64,000 nt of DNA from contig JAGVJP010000012.1 in assembly GCA_020051075.1 (NCBI GenBank), forward strand, positions 9,575 through 73,574, read 5' to 3'. Both the position numbers and the translations under genes were made by a program. Each line of letters begins with the position of its first letter. The stretch's first letter is position 1. Under the pieces are notes generated by a model. It ran no database searches. It had not been told where the DNA came from and was given only the letters and a program-made list of their open reading frames with translations. Of the stretch, positions 63,677 to 64,000 are shown piece by piece. This DNA is from Parachlamydiales bacterium. Its GTDB lineage: Bacteria; Chlamydiota; Chlamydiia; Chlamydiales; Parachlamydiaceae.

Positions 63677-64000
63677 TTGCAACCAATCTCACAAACAAAT
63701 TTTGCTCTTGATGGCTACTCAGATCTTTCTTTAAAAGATAAATTAGACACTGTTTATCTCTTTGCGATAGATTTTTTCAATCAAACGGTTGAGCCTTCTT
63801 ACGATCGTGAGCCTTCTATTGATAAGGAATTGAAATGGCTCAAACACGAAATGCTCTATCTAAAACGATGGTTTGCACATCAAGATAAAATGGCTACTAT
63901 CAGATCGATAGTTAAAACATTAGAAACCCATGAGTTCCCTCGGTACAATTCGCAGAGCGATAACGAACTTTATTCTTATGACGATGACGACATAGATACT
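63677..64000 (+). CDS. 5' part of an unidentified ORF running off the window
   Basis: 108 stop-free codons from TTG 63677 (GGAG 9 nt upstream) to the window edge: LQPISQTNFALDGYSDL...YSYDDDDIDT. No family recognised. Confidence 0.4.
   Translation, partial: MQPISQTNFALDGYSDLSLKDKLDTVYLFAIDFFNQTVEPSYDREPSIDKELKWLKHEMLYLKRWFAHQDKMATIRSIVKTLETHEFPRYNSQSDNELYSYDDDDIDT

Overview
The window is a chromosomal segment with about 45 credible protein genes and 3 tRNAs. It reads like an environmental, amoeba-associated member of the Chlamydiae: a Pmp-type GGA[ILV]/FxxN protein, Mip, a very long PBP2, a SWI2/SNF2 helicase, a stand-alone GcvH and several eukaryote-like domains. The taxon call is inference from gene content only. 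Housekeeping blocks are clear: smc; snf2; ald; rpsT; pbp2; tRNA-Gly then rpsB-tsf-pyrH-frr then tRNA-Glu/tRNA-Lys; gcvH; hisS-aspS; mip; trmL; menF; holB-tmk. Accessory genes sit between them. The most interesting are: (1) a 2,262-aa single-polypeptide STAND protein (SAM-methyltransferase + NB-ARC ATPase + TPR array + a possibly TIR-like C-terminus); (2) an AT-rich two-gene islet with an LRR protein and a 945-aa coiled-coil/poly-Ser protein whose centre matches type II PI 4-kinase motifs; (3) two tandem secreted paralogues with C1q/TNF-like C-terminal domains; (4) a barrel-less Pmp-like beta-helix protein; (5) a CocE/NonD hydrolase with a duplicated Cys-rich CQC tail; (6) a HicAB-like pair and an orphan Phd/YefM antitoxin; (7) a GH5 cellulase; (8) aspS split by a frameshift in a CGCGCG run. 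Many intergenic regions (at least nine here) hold large, partly nested palindromic elements built from tandem 8-9 nt purine-rich units, in several families that share modules. I cannot assign these to a described repeat class. All domain calls come from motifs read in the supplied translations. No database search was possible.
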